Below, piece after piece: positions 36,286-48,836 of a stretch of DNA of 64,000 nucleotides. Every line of letters begins with the position of its first letter. Position 1 is the first letter of the stretch. The notes beneath the pieces were generated by a model. The model did no database searches, had not been told where the DNA came from, and worked only from the letters and a program-made list of their open reading frames with translations. Source of the stretch: Chara braunii. Taxonomy: Eukaryota; Plantae; Charophyceae. The DNA lies in NCBI GenBank assembly GCA_003427395.1, contig BFEA01000023.1, positions 1,878,539-1,942,538 of the forward strand. Reading direction: 5' to 3'. The position numbers and the translations under genes are program-made.

Positions 36286-37613
36286 TTATGCAGATCTTGG
36301 GTTTGCGCCGTTGCCTTTGGGTTTTGGGGATTGAGATGAGGAGGGAGGTTTCATTACTAGTAAGAGGGGTTGGAGTGGAAGAGGGGGAGGTGATGGGGAA
36401 TCCGAGGAGGAGGCTTCCTCAATCTCCGATCTTCCAGACTTCTTCTTTCTAGTGGGCATCTGAGGTGCCTGCTTCCCCTTCCTCTTCATCACTAATTATC
36501 CTATGCCTAAAGCACACTTCTTATAACCCTTCCTCGAGGAAACAAACAACCAAGGATAGTCTGTCACAAATGGCGGCGAAGGTTCCAACAGCAGAGTCGG
36601 ATGGAATACGTAATCAGGCAGCTTGCCGCACGCCTGCTTCTTCAGGTAACGGAACCAGGGTCTTGGACCCCAATCTGCAAGCTTCTCAACATGAAGATCC
36701 GGAACAGCCTCGTCGCCAAGGGAGCAGAAAAAGTTCTTGAAGAAAGCGGCGACCGGGAAGGCGAGGAATGGCGACATTGCCACCCCAGGGAGGTTCTGCA
36801 GCAAGGTTATAGCCCTTCCCCGACCCAAGATTGCGCCGATCTTGAGCTGATCTTCGCAATGCACATGGCAAAACAGAAGAAGTTCGCTGAAATATCCCGA
36901 GCGCTCCTGATTTGGAATTCAGCCAGGTCGAGATGGACTCTCAACAACTCCCGCGAAGATAGGGAAGAGAGGGGGCGCGAATCTACAACGAGATGGTTGA
37001 AGATTGTAGGCGAGAAAAGTGAATGGGAAAGTAGTTCAGCCGCGTGCTTCCTCTTTATGATGAAGAGATTCCTTTGATTATCTTGGAACGTAAACGAGGC
37101 TGCTGAAGAAACATACTCAACGACATCCTGAACGTTAAGTAGATCTCCGTAGGTTCGTTCGGTGGTACGACTCTGAATTTTGAACAGCGATGCGGGAAGA
37201 AGCAGAGGAAGGAGGAAGAGGTGAAGAGGAAGAAGGGAAGCAGTAGGCGGATCAATAACAAAAATGTGCTCGAGCGCAGGATCTGTGGAGATGGGGGGAG
37301 AAGAAAAACATGACGACGGGGAGTCGATGAGGGAGGAAAATTCCTCGCGGAGGGAGCCAACGGAGATGGGGGAGAGAGAGTGAGGAAGAAGGTGGGCGGG
37401 ATAGTGGTGCTTCAGAAAGGGATCGTAGGACGACGGGGAGTCGATGAGGGGTCTGTCACGAGGAGGGGAATGAAAGAAGATGGTGGGGAAGGAATGGCGG
37501 GGCGATGAGGAGGACGAATTGGGGGAGGGAGGGATCGAGGAGCTTCTGTGGTTGGGAGGGGAACCAGAGACAACAGAAGTGACGGGACCCAGGGAATGGG
37601 GAACAGGGTCCAT
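36286..37613 (-). pseudogene. First ORF of the DIRS-like element (268-aa open part 36807-37613, Ser/Pro-rich N-terminus), function unknown
   Basis: long ORF just inside A1; further open segments 36496-36864 and 36286-36492 may continue it. Confidence 0.5.
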
Positions 37614-37805
37614 ACCGGCTGAAAAAGTAGAGGGGGAAAGACTTACCGGGAGTTAAATAAGCAGGGGAAGAATTGACTGACCGACTGGCAGATGAATCGG
37701 CCGTAAAGACTGGGCTAGGGGAAAAACAATGACTGCGAATAGGAAAGCGGAAAGGATAAGCGTGAAGGGGGAAAGGCTGGCGGAGTGAGACGAGGGCAGC
37801 CCCTG

Positions 37806-38283
37806 GCCAAAATCTGGCGACGGAAACGGCTCGGCCTCTGAGCAGACTGGTGCCTGTGGTGTGACTGCAGGTTCGCTTATGCGATGGGCGCAGCTGCTGG
37901 CGGACGAAATCCCGAAGTCGCTCCGCGTGAGACGAACCAGCCTGCTGCGACCGGTCCTGTGCCGGTCACTTATACACTCCCTTTTCCTGGTTCCAGTGGT
38001 GGTCGGTCCTCCGAGGGGCTCCTTCCCACAGGGGGAGTTTCGTTGAAACCTCCTTCGCCGATCTTGGTTCCACCAGCTCGCAACCGTAGATCTTGAAAAT
38101 TAAAAAAATCAAATCATTTAGGAAAGTAGGCTCGACTTCGAAACTGAAGATCTGCGGGGTAAAAACCTCCAAGAGGCAGTTGGATTGAAATAACTGGTGG
38201 GTCCTAGTGTCTTATCCAAAACCCAGTGATGGTTGAATTGGAACCCACCGAGTAGGTACCAACTGCATAGGCTGGAGTACGAC
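37806..38283. repeat. Split direct repeat A1
   Basis: GCCAAAATCTGGCGACG...GGCTGGAGTACGAC shared with A2. Confidence 0.9.
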
Positions 38284-39916
38284 GGTTGCAGGGTCGGACG
38301 ATATTCGTGCAATTAGTCTGTGCTGACGTCACCACTCTCTCCCTCGTTTTTGTCGGTGTAGGGACCTGGGACTCTTCTCCTCACCATAGGCTGTGCTATG
38401 CTGTGTACCGTCTGTGGGATACCAGCGGGGTCAGGGTAGATGACCGCCTCTCATTGGGCTCGCACTGGGCTTGTGCTTCCTCGCCATACATGGATTTTCC
38501 TTCTGCCAAGTGTTACACCGACCAAGCTCTCCGTGAGATCAGGGTTGTTGACCTTCTCTCTGCGCAAGAGATCAGGGCCGTTGACCTTCTCTCTGCTGAA
38601 GAGATGACTGCCAGCCAGAAATGACGGGAGGTGAATGAGCAGGTATAACCCTCCCCCCCCCTCCCTCCCNCTTCACCTGGGCGGATGAAATCTGAGTGTT
38701 GATTTGCCTCTAGTTACTGGACGCTTCATACTATAACCATTATTATTATCTTTTCTTTCTATAGATTGAATCATTAGGTATTTCGGTCTTGAGAAGTGTC
38801 GGGAACATGGCAGGTGTCGAACCACCTCCTGTAATCTCTTCGAAAGACAAATAACGGATCCAGGGAATTGTATCACAGTGCTATATAAACGGCATCCTTC
38901 CACCCCGTTTGGCCCCATCCACGTCGAAGTAGGGGATGACTATGTGAAAGTCACAGTCAACGCGGAGCTGTACAAAATCCAAGCAGAATGGTTGCCGGAA
39001 CATGCCGTTACCGTTCAGTTTGGAGATGAATCTTCCTCGGTGTCGATGAACCTTAAAAAACGCTTGGTTCGTATCTACGAAAATGGTTGGGCTACCGCTG
39101 CACAAAATGGTATTGGCCCAATAAAAAAGGGGCATATTTCACAATGAGGGGCGAAACCTAATAACTTACGTAACCCCTTCGAAAGAAATTGCAGATTGGA
39201 TGAGGAAAGTGGCGGAGACCAATATCGAACTAGATGAAGTTACACATAAGATTGCTTTCAGACCACGGATGACAGAGTGCGAACTTTGGGAGTGGAGAGA
39301 GGTAGCCTGCCACCGGTTCTTTTGGATTCGGTGTCAGCAGGTGCCGATAGAGGTTCTCCCTCTGCTCTAAGGGGCCACTACAACGGTGGGCTAATTAAAG
39401 AATACCCTGTGTTTAAAGATAAACTGAAACCGGATCTAGCCAATGCCCGCTTAGACCTCGAGTCCGCAGCTCGACTGCACTATAAGAGGTATCTAGTAGT
39501 GGATTTGGGAATGAACGGCTACATGAAATTGGAGGTGGTCTATGCCGAGACCCCATGGTGTCCGGCGTGCAGACGACATTTTCATTCTGAAGGAGATGAG
39601 GTTTGTGCCTCTAAGGGCAAAACATCGTATGCGAAAGCCGTCCAATCGAAGGGCGAACAGGGAACTAGTTTCAAGAACAAGAAGGATGGTGAGAATGTGA
39701 AAGGAAAGGGAAAAGGACAGAAAAGGAAGGAGAAGGTAAGAGAGAAGGGTAAGGAAAGACCGGGTCCAGGGAATGGAGAAACAAATTCCTCCCCAAAGAA
39801 AGATGGGAACAAGGAGAAAGATGGGATGAAGGAGAAACAAAAACACTTGAAGGGGGAAGGAGGTCGGCAAGGCGACAAATAGGATTTAGGGAAGACCATG
39901 GGAAAAGCCCAGACGG

Positions 39917-40437
39917 TAACATAAAAATTTTCCAGAATTAAATAATCATTCTATATTAAAATTACATTCTAAATTTTAAATCTTCATTCCATCTTCAAAA
40001 ATGTCATTCCAATTTTAAAAATTTCCTTCTTACTTGAAAACTTTCCTTCCAAGAATGGGGTATCCCTTCTTATTTGAACTGCATGCTAGAGAGGAAATGA
40101 AAGTTTGGACGAGTTCATGAAATATTTTAATTGGATTGTCATTCTAAGTAAAGATTTTCAGTCATAAATAGGTTAATCCAATTGAAATTAGAAGATATTT
40201 GTTGTAGTAGAATGAAAGTTTAATTAAAACATTTCATAAACTCGTCCAGACTTTCATTCTGTCTTGAACAAATAGATGTAGTTGTAAGGAAAACCCATAT
40301 TTAGACGGGTACTTATCAAATAAAACGGAAAATTTTAGAATTGGACGAACATTGGAATGATAATTTATAAATATGAAGGATTTTTTTTTTTTACAATGTT
40401 TTTTCAACTTTCATTTATCGTGGGAATTTTTCTGTTG
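39917..40437. mobile_element. Family 3 TIR element inside LINE ORF1
   Basis: TAAC...GTTG; TSD GG confirmed by the empty site CAGACGGAAAAGG at ~52171. Confidence 0.9.
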
Positions 40438-41789
40438 GGAAAAGGAGGGAAAGGGAGGGAAGGTGAGGGACAAGGAGGGTTTTCCTATGGAAGAAGATCA
40501 GGAATAGGATAAGAAGCAAGAGGGAAGATAAAGCAACAATCTCCCAGACGGTGCAGGGAAGAAGATGAATGAAGATTTCACGCCAATCGGAAGGGAAAAA
40601 AGAAAATGAAAAACTAGACTGGATGAAACAGAGGAGGATAGAAATGAAGACTTTATCATAAAAGGCAACGAGATTGTCCTCATAAAGGTGAAGGAACGAC
40701 CCCAGATCAAGGGTACCTCGCCCCCTCCCCCTGTTCGGAATAGGAAGAAGGGACCGGAAAGAAAACCCGGTCTCCGGAAAGGATCCCACTTAGTTTCTCT
40801 TCATCGCAAATTACGGAGAACGACATGTATGCCTCCTCAGATGAAGAGACAGACCATGACTCGGATCTCAAACTTAAAATGCTATATAACCTCAAATCTA
40901 TGAGATCCCCGCGCTCCCCATCCCCGCCTCGAGCCCCGTCGGGGTCGAAAAGGGACGAATATCAGTCAGTAGACAGTCGTAGTTTGACCCAGGAACAACG
41001 GAAAAACCCGCCCTGACAAAAATACATGACACCTCTTCGGTAGGTGTATCAACCTAAAGAGACAGAAGGCTTGCAAGAAGACCTCGGCACGGTCGACATC
41101 TGAGGGGACGTCTGCTGAGATATCTCCCCGCCACACAGGGAATACTGGGGGAAAAGGCGAGAGTACATTTCAAAGGCCAGCAATCTCGAGTCCTTGGCGG
41201 ACCCATGCCGACATTGCAAAAGAAGGATAAAGGAAAAGGCAATTATAATTCCTTTGGTGGTTACCTCCTCCATGTATGACCCCATGATTTTGACCAACAT
41301 CGACAAAGATGAGGTTTTGTCATTCAAGTTGTCGAGGATTCCCATCACAGCCCCGCCGTTTGATTCACTTCGGGTCTCTGCTACAACAAAAAATATTCTC
41401 GACGATAATGATATACGCTCCATATTGCCTATCCCCAAGCAGGGCCGACATATTGCCCACGAATGCTCATGGAAGCAAGGTTCTCTTTCACATAGCATGT
41501 CTGGCTCTGCAAGCCAGTTCAAATGTAATACGTGCTCAAGACATTTATTGGCTTCCTTTGTCTTGACTCTTGGATATAAATGCGGATTCTCTGAAAGACA
41601 TTAACGTGCATGAGGGATGTTTTGCCCAAGAGGTGCCAGATTGGTTACATTTTACTGACGCAACAACAAACTTCAACGCAAGGATGACCCAGCAGAATGA
41701 GTTCCTCCCTCGTCAGAGAGGAAGAGGAGTAGTAACCAAGAAAACGGAGTGCAGCCGTATCCAAAATTCACGCGGCAGGGGGTCAGGTC

Positions 41790-44700
41790 ATGGATCTACC
41801 AAGTATAATCAGACTGGCAACCTAGAATGTGTGTGGGTTTGGGGATAATAATAAAAACTTCAAAAAGTCGAGATTCAAGTTGTGGCTGCATTCGCAGAAC
41901 GTGCAGATAGCATGTCTTCAAGAAATGAAGTTAAACAGAGATAAGTTGAATGCTATCCATCAATGGTGGGAAGACCCTCAGGTTTGGTCCCCGGCAGTAG
42001 GATCAAAAGGGACGGGTGGTCATATTGGTGGATAAAAACTTTAGACATCACATTAGTAGATTAGTATCATGACAATGAGGGTCGCTGGGGGCGTGGATTA
42101 AATTCATCATAAGTATGAGGATTGGGTCATTATGACAGTTTATGCCCCAGTTGACTACCCTACCCGTTTGGTCTTTTTAGAAGATCTCCCCTCTTACCTG
42201 CCAAACACCGAAAATGTAATTATCTGTGGTGACTGGAACACCGTGTTAAACCCAAGCTTGGACACTCTTACAGCCAAACCTTCGGCGACTGATTCGGTGA
42301 TCTTAACCTCCTTCTGTGACATTCAAAATCTAACAAATGCCATCAGGGTCTTTAACTCACAGGAACATAGGTTCACATGGTTTGGCCCTCCACCGACCCA
42401 TAACACCCTAACCCGGAGAAAACGTCTAGATTTTTTTCTGCTCCGGGGCGATCCATGGGACCGAAACATATGGTGCGGTATAAAACCTACGTCCCTTTCA
42501 TGCCATCACCTTGTTCTGCTGGATATACTCCCTAAGAACACAATTGACCGCCACCGCCCTCTGTTCAGACTGAATATAAACTTGTTGAAAGACCCCGGGG
42601 TTATTGCATGGGTCAATTTACACATGACAAACAGGTTGGCGGCCAGGAGTTGTTTACAAACTATCTCCAGCGGGCGGACACGTATATCGTTATAGTGAGA
42701 GAGAGACTCATTATTTTTTTTGAGAATGAAAGCTGCAAGAAAAAAATAGAAAGATTGTTTTTTGACAAATCGATTACCTATGCAGAGGCACAAATGGGTA
42801 AAGACCCGTTTTCCGATCTTCATTGGTCCATTATCCGAAAAAATTCATTGTCTCAGCAAGAAGCATTAGAAATTCAAAGGTAATCAGAATAAATATAACA
42901 ATTAAATTTCAGACGGATTATAGGTTATGATAGGATGACAAAGTTGATTTTCCGTTCTCTCCTTCAGAGTCAACCCAGACCCTTGATAAGGGAACTAGCG
43001 CACCATTTTGATACATCTGCATCAATAGCAGTAGATACAGAGGAAATATGTAGATACGCTTTAGAATATTATAGAGACATTGTCTCTACCTGAAGACCGT
43101 TCGAACCCCCCCCAACACGATATGTCAATAACTCATCCTTCTGGAATCTCTCGTAGAAGGTTATTTCATCCTCGACAACTTCTGATTTGGACAGACTAGT
43201 GGAAAAAGTTGAACTACTAGTAGCAGTCAAGATCATGGCTAAAGGCAAATGCCCAATCTTAGACAGACTTCCGATTGAGCTGCTTTTAGCAACATGGAGG
43301 ACTTTTGCTCCCTTCCTATGCTCATTATATAATGAGACCCTTCAAACGGGCAGGTTTCCAAAAGGGTTTACTCAAGGAATGATTTCACTAATGTATAAAA
43401 AGGGAGACAAAAGGGACATATGCAACTGGCGCCCGATCTCCGTATTGAATGTCACTTACAAATTGTTTGCAAAACTTTGGCCTTGCGTTTGGTCAAACTC
43501 CTCCCGGATTTGATAGGTTAGGAGCAAGGAACTTTTGCTAAGGGCCGATCAATATATGAGAATATTACAGCAACAATTCAAGCCCTATAAGTGATAGTAA
43601 AGGAAAAGAGAGATGTTGCAGTTCTCCTCCTTGATATGGAGAAGGCCTACGACAAAGTGGGTCGGAGTTTCGTCCATACCACACTTAAAACGATGTTTTT
43701 TGACCCAGGGTTTCAATCTTGGGTAAATGCCAACTATGAACACACTACCTCGGTAGTAATTGTCAATGGGAGATTGTCCGAGGAATTTCAACCGACAAGG
43801 TCTTTGCAACAGGGGTGCCCACTGACCCCCCTCCTTTTTGTCCTTCAGTTGGAGATACTGCTTGACAACATCAGAAAAAACATGGTTATCAAGGGCCTCA
43901 ATTTATGTCCGGGTATTGAATGAAAGAAAGGGGCTATAACAGATGATCTGGCGGTAGCTTGTGATAACATTTTAACATCTTTAAGTGAATTAAGAAAGGT
44001 TATAGATACTTATTGTATATTATTGGGAACTTCCATTAATTGGGACAAATCCAACTTTTTTTTTTTTTTTAGTGTGGATTGGGGGTTGAAGCGGGTTCCG
44101 ACAAATTCGTGAGACCGCTTTTTGGGAGTACAAGTTTCATTATCTGACTGCTCTAATGTCCAAGACTTCATTCTTGCAGATAAGGTGGTGGCTAGAATTG
44201 CGGGCTGGAAATGCAATTTCAAGCTTTCTTTGTTTGGTCCAGCCTTGGTAATCATGTCGGCGACTTTTTCTCTACTTTGGTTTCCACTCTCAGTTCATCA
44301 GTTGGGAAAAGGAGCCCACTCAAGAATTAAGACAGATGCGACTCGCTAAGGTGGTGGCCAGAATTGCGGGCCGGAAACGCAATTTCAAGCTTTCTTTGTT
44401 TGGTCGAGCCTTGGTAATCACGTCGGCGACCTTTTCTCTACTCTGCTTTCCAATCTCGGTTCATCGGTTGGGAAAAGGAACCCACTCAAGAATTAAGAGA
44501 GATGCGACTCCCTACCTATGAAAACCCTCAGCCCTCCAACAAGGTTTCAATTAGAGGGTCGCATGGGAATCAGTGGCTTTAGCACAAGGACAAGGGGGTC
44601 TGGGGTTGATAGACCTAGTCCAACAAAATATGGCCCTACTCTACAAATGGGTTATTGTGGCTGCGTTCGGACCACGCTCCAAATTGGGTCCGCCTGGTAG

Positions 44701-46367
44701 AATACATCATGGCCAAAAGTGGGATCTAGTGAGACATTCAGACGTATGGCCTTGTCCGTTTATCCCTTCATTTTCCACCAGGAGACCTAAGTCTAGGCTG
44801 CGGCGTAGTGTTTTAGGGGTCTGGCACAAACTGTTTCTTCAGGTCCTTTGACCTCCGGAGACAAGAAGGGAAGTTTTCAATCAGATATTATTTGAAAACC
44901 CACTAATTAAAACGGCAAAAGAAACCTGGCTTAAGGCAGATGGGAGCTAAGACTCCTTTGGGAAAAATGGGTAGAGAAAGGAATAGTGCATATTAAAGAT
45001 ATATGAGATGAGATAACAGACGACTGATTATCAATAGCCAAACTTAGGCGGAAACTGACATGGCTCCAGAATGTGGAGGAAAATTACCACTTAGTTCGTT
45101 TCTGCATTTCTAACTTACTAGAGTGCTCTCCTATCAGCAACGATAGAACATGGCGAGGGGGCTTGGATAGTAGACCCCAACAACAGACAAGAAGTTATGA
45201 GAATACTAGGACCAAATCTACTACAAGGAATAAGAACGCAAGTCTGGACCCAGAAGCCTGGGTCAAGGCCTCCTCTGCTACTGGTGAAATAAAAGGACAG
45301 AACCATCCCTACTTAAGTCGGCTTCCAGGAGTGCAGAGTGTGGCTCAGACCCTCTACTGAAAAGAAAAGGAGAAGGTCTCCCTTGTGTCAAACGATGCAC
45401 CCAAAGAATAAGAACGCAAGTCTAGACCCGGAAACCTGGGTCTGGGCCCCCTCTGCTGTTGGTGAAATAAGAGGACAAAACCATCCCTACTTTAGTCGGC
45501 TTCCAGGAGTGCAGAGTGTGGCTCAGACCCTCTGTTGGAAAAGAAAAGGAGGAGGTCTCTCTGGTGTCAGAAGATGCATCCTATCTGCAATTTGAAGCCC
45601 TGGTCTATGGATGGAATGGGGTGTTAAGACCTGATGTCCCCACCCCGGTTTGTAACTATAAGCCCAAGATTTAAGTCCAAGTTATGAGGACATCAGTAAA
45701 TAAGCAACCCGTAAAGACCGCTGCAGAACGGCTCTCAAAGGAGTTAGGCTTTTTCTTGGGGAACTTGGACCTTTTCGGTTTATTGCAGGGGCTGAAGGGG
45801 ATGGTCTCCCAGAAATAGGTCAGTCTGGCCTGGCTACAGTTGTTGCTGGTGACACCGTCGGCTACGTGGTTGGCATCTAAGGGAATAAATATTAGAGAAC
45901 AATGCGCCCGTTGTAATTGAGGATGGGAAATATAATCTTGGATATGGTGTTACTGTCCTTGTTCTCTTAGGATTTGAGAGTGGTGGAAGGAGAAATGGAA
46001 GCAGGCAACATATAATAGCTTTCCTTGGTCACAGGAATGGATACCATACGGAATGACATACCCAACTCATGATTTTTCTAAAGGGATGATTTACATTGTT
46101 CTGGCTTGTAGAGGGGCTATCATGGAAGCAATCTGGAAGGCTTGCAATAGAGCAGTTAAAAAAGAGGAAATGTCCCTTCAAAAGCTTACCATCTATGGTA
46201 TGACTTCGGTAAGACAGACGATCCGGACAGATTGGCATTCTGCTCGGACCCAGAAAGAAAATGACAGATATTGGTTTTTTCAAACATGGGGAAAAATGAC
46301 CAACGTGGTGACTATCTCATCAGATGGTCACTTAACTCTTGCAGAGTGGCTCTTCCAAAGAGGATAA
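41790..46367 (+). pseudogene. LINE ORF2 (APE endonuclease, RT, C-terminal Cys region), copy 1
   Basis: NVCGFG, ACLQE, VYAP, ICGDWN, RLDFFL, NWRPISVLNVTYKL, LDMEKAYD, SLQQGCPL, TDD; many stops and frameshifts. Confidence 0.92.
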
Positions 46368-46898
46368 GTAAATTGAACACAGTCCAAGGAGCAGAAGTAG
46401 GCCGCGATTAGGCCACCAGTTTCCTTTTTAGTAAGGATAACGTACCATAGCGCATGTTGTTGAGCTGTGAAAATGGTTTGCTAGAGTTTTGCATTTATAG
46501 GGTGTATGATGTATGCTGGATAAATGGAGAGTAGGAAGATAGAGGATTAATGTGGTTTTCTAGGATTTGTTTACACCGTAGTCCACAAGTACGTAGATTT
46601 TGGATTGACTCCTCTTACGTCTTTGTTAAGTAATTAGCTTAGATACTATAGGTTTCATGAGGCGCAAAAACGAAACCGAGTTAACTCCGATTTGAATTGT
46701 GAGGTCCTCGACCTCATTTCAACTGATGTTTTGAAATAAAATTGAGTTAAAAAATAAATTAAAAAAAAGAATGAATCCTGAGCTAGAACATGGTAAGATG
46801 TGTTTGTCTTTCGTGGGTTTGGTGAGTAGTGGAGCGAGGCCAATTGTTTTTTTTTTTTCTTGATAATACTCATCTATCTCATCCTCTCGCTAGCCTAT

Positions 46899-48108
46899 GG
46901 GCCTTGTTCCACTACTCGCCATCCGCCACCAGTCGTGGCGAGGAATGAAGAGTGGTATTTTCCCAAATTTGTGGTGGAAAACGATGCGTGCCTCCATGTC
47001 GTGGCCCACGCCATACGCATTGTGATGTTTATCCCGGCTTGAGTACCGGTTTGCGGCGGATTGCAGGATGATGGAACGGTGACATCATTTCGCCACAGCC
47101 TCGTCGTGGGACTGGTACGACCCACAAAATCACTCCATGCGCGACGATACCTTGCCAATGCTATGAGATAGGTGCGCTCGACTGTTAGGGCCGCGGTTTT
47201 AGTAAAAATTGCCACACGATGCCTCTCGTGGAGGCTGCCTCCTACCGCCCTCCACAAAATGTCGTGACAGGAAGGGAAAACGCACTCTTGGTTAACGACC
47301 ACCTGAAATTTCAGAATGAAAGATTCTGAAGTGGTCTGAAACCGCTGAAATGGCCTGAAGACACTTCAGGTCATTTTAGAAGTTTCGGGTGGTTTGCAGG
47401 ACAAGTTTTATGTTTGTTTTTTTTTTGCATGTTTTTTCAGCCACTTCATGTCATTTAAGGAATTTCAGGTGGGGACTTGAAACCGCTGAGGTGGTTGAAA
47501 CTTCTGAATGGGGTTTTAGGTACCCCCATCCAAATGGTTGGATGGGGGTACCTGAAACCCCTTTCAGAAGCTTCAGCCACTTCAGGACATTTCAGGAATT
47601 TCAAGTGAGGACCTGAAACCACTGAAGTGGTTGAAGCTTCTGAAAGGGGTTTCAGGTTACCCCATCCAAATGGTTGGATGGGGGTACCTGAAACCCCTTT
47701 CAGAAGCTTCAGCCACTTCAGGTCATTTCAGAAATTTCAGGTGGGGACTTGAAACCGCTGAAGTGGCTGAAGCTTCTGAAAGGGGTTTCAGGTACCCCCA
47801 TCCCACCATTTACAATGGATCAACCTGAAGTGGTTGAACTGCCTGAAGGCGGTTTCAGACAACCCTATATATAGATCCACACACAATCCGAAAGTGTAGT
47901 AACCTGAAGTGGCTGAACTGCCTGAAAGGAGACCTAAAAATATATGCACCCATTAGCCATCTCTCGGAAAACGAGGCTTCGTGGCGACCGACTGCCAACC
48001 CTATTTTTCTATAATTTCTGACAACGTTTGTTTTCTGGCGATTGGCAAGGCAGTGAAACGAACGTGCCTCCGCCACCTATGGCGGACGACAAATGTGGAA
48101 CGAGGCCC
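46899..48108. mobile_element. PIF/Harbinger-like MITE with a nested insertion
   Basis: TIR GGGCCT(T/C)GTTCCAC; 3-bp TSD TAT; matches 58625-59144. Confidence 0.75.
47283..47965. mobile_element. Non-autonomous element, family 4 (CAC...CTCTC ends, 8-bp TSD, internal inverted repeats)
   Basis: TSD GGAAAACG (47275-47282, 47966-47973); empty site at ~59001; many TGAAGTGG / CCACTTCA motifs. Confidence 0.85.
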
Positions 48109-48459
48109 TATGTGTAGTACGGGGGAACACCAACCAACCCAGATCTCTCGCTAGCCCACGAGGTAGGTTGGCACTACAGCAGTGGTGCAATAACAAGGTT
48201 GTATTAGTCCCTCATCATGGTAATGAGGGGTGGGCAGGCATTGCCGATGGGGGAAATCAGTTGTACTAACACCGAGCAATGACTAGTCACTGCACCTCCC
48301 CCTACCCCCCCCCCCCAACCCCACATGGCCGTGTCTAATGGCCAATATTGTCACTGCATAGCAATTAACAACATCAGCCACAGTCCTCCTAATGCTGTCA
48401 TGGGGGAATAACGGGTTATCTCTAGCTGGTAGAACACCAAGCTTGCCCAGACACATACA

Positions 48460-48532
48460 TGAGGCCAGTAGGGATTGAACCCACGACCTCCTGAATGCAA
48501 CTTATGTACCTTACCAACTGTATTAGACTCAA
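48460..48532 (-). other. tRNA-derived SINE head or tRNA pseudogene (second copy 59493-59565)
   Basis: A-box-like TAATACAGTTGGTA and B-box GGGTTCAATCCC at tRNA spacing; stems degenerate. Confidence 0.55.
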
Positions 48533-48836
48533 TTGTGGAAGCTTTGCCTTTTGTCACTTTTTTCATGCTATGTCTCCCAATATCACCAAGGGACTTTATT
48601 TTTTATTTTTTATTTTTTTAATCTAAATCATAGAGGGGCACACCTCCAAGCATCCTCAGGATCGAGGTCCTGCTTGCATGATGACTCCGTTCTATTGCAC
48701 AGGTTTGTTCCAAATAACGTACGAAATTGGCGGGTGGTGGATGATGCCAGATCGCACAGAAGTGAGTCGAGGAGGTGGGCCACAGGCCCGCACGCCGTGG
48801 AAAAGTCGAGGGTGAGTGAGCCGCTTCGCCAAAACC

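Larger units (their letters stand above)
24275..38283 (-). mobile_element. Tyrosine-recombinase retrotransposon (DIRS order, PAT/kangaroo-type split direct repeats), degenerate, with nested insertions
   Basis: in RT sense: A1 (38283-37806), ORFs, B1 (24899-24798), A2 (24791-24409), B2 (24376-24275); DIRS-type RT on - strand, YR on + strand. Confidence 0.85.
38555..46770 (+). mobile_element. Near full-length dead L1/Tx1-like LINE, copy 1
   Basis: ORF1 remnants, ORF2 with APE and RT, 3' UTR, A-rich tail ~46748-46770. Confidence 0.9.

Noticed and set aside
48460-48532. Functional tRNA gene
   Set aside because: Acceptor and anticodon stems do not pair well and the two copies differ in stem positions
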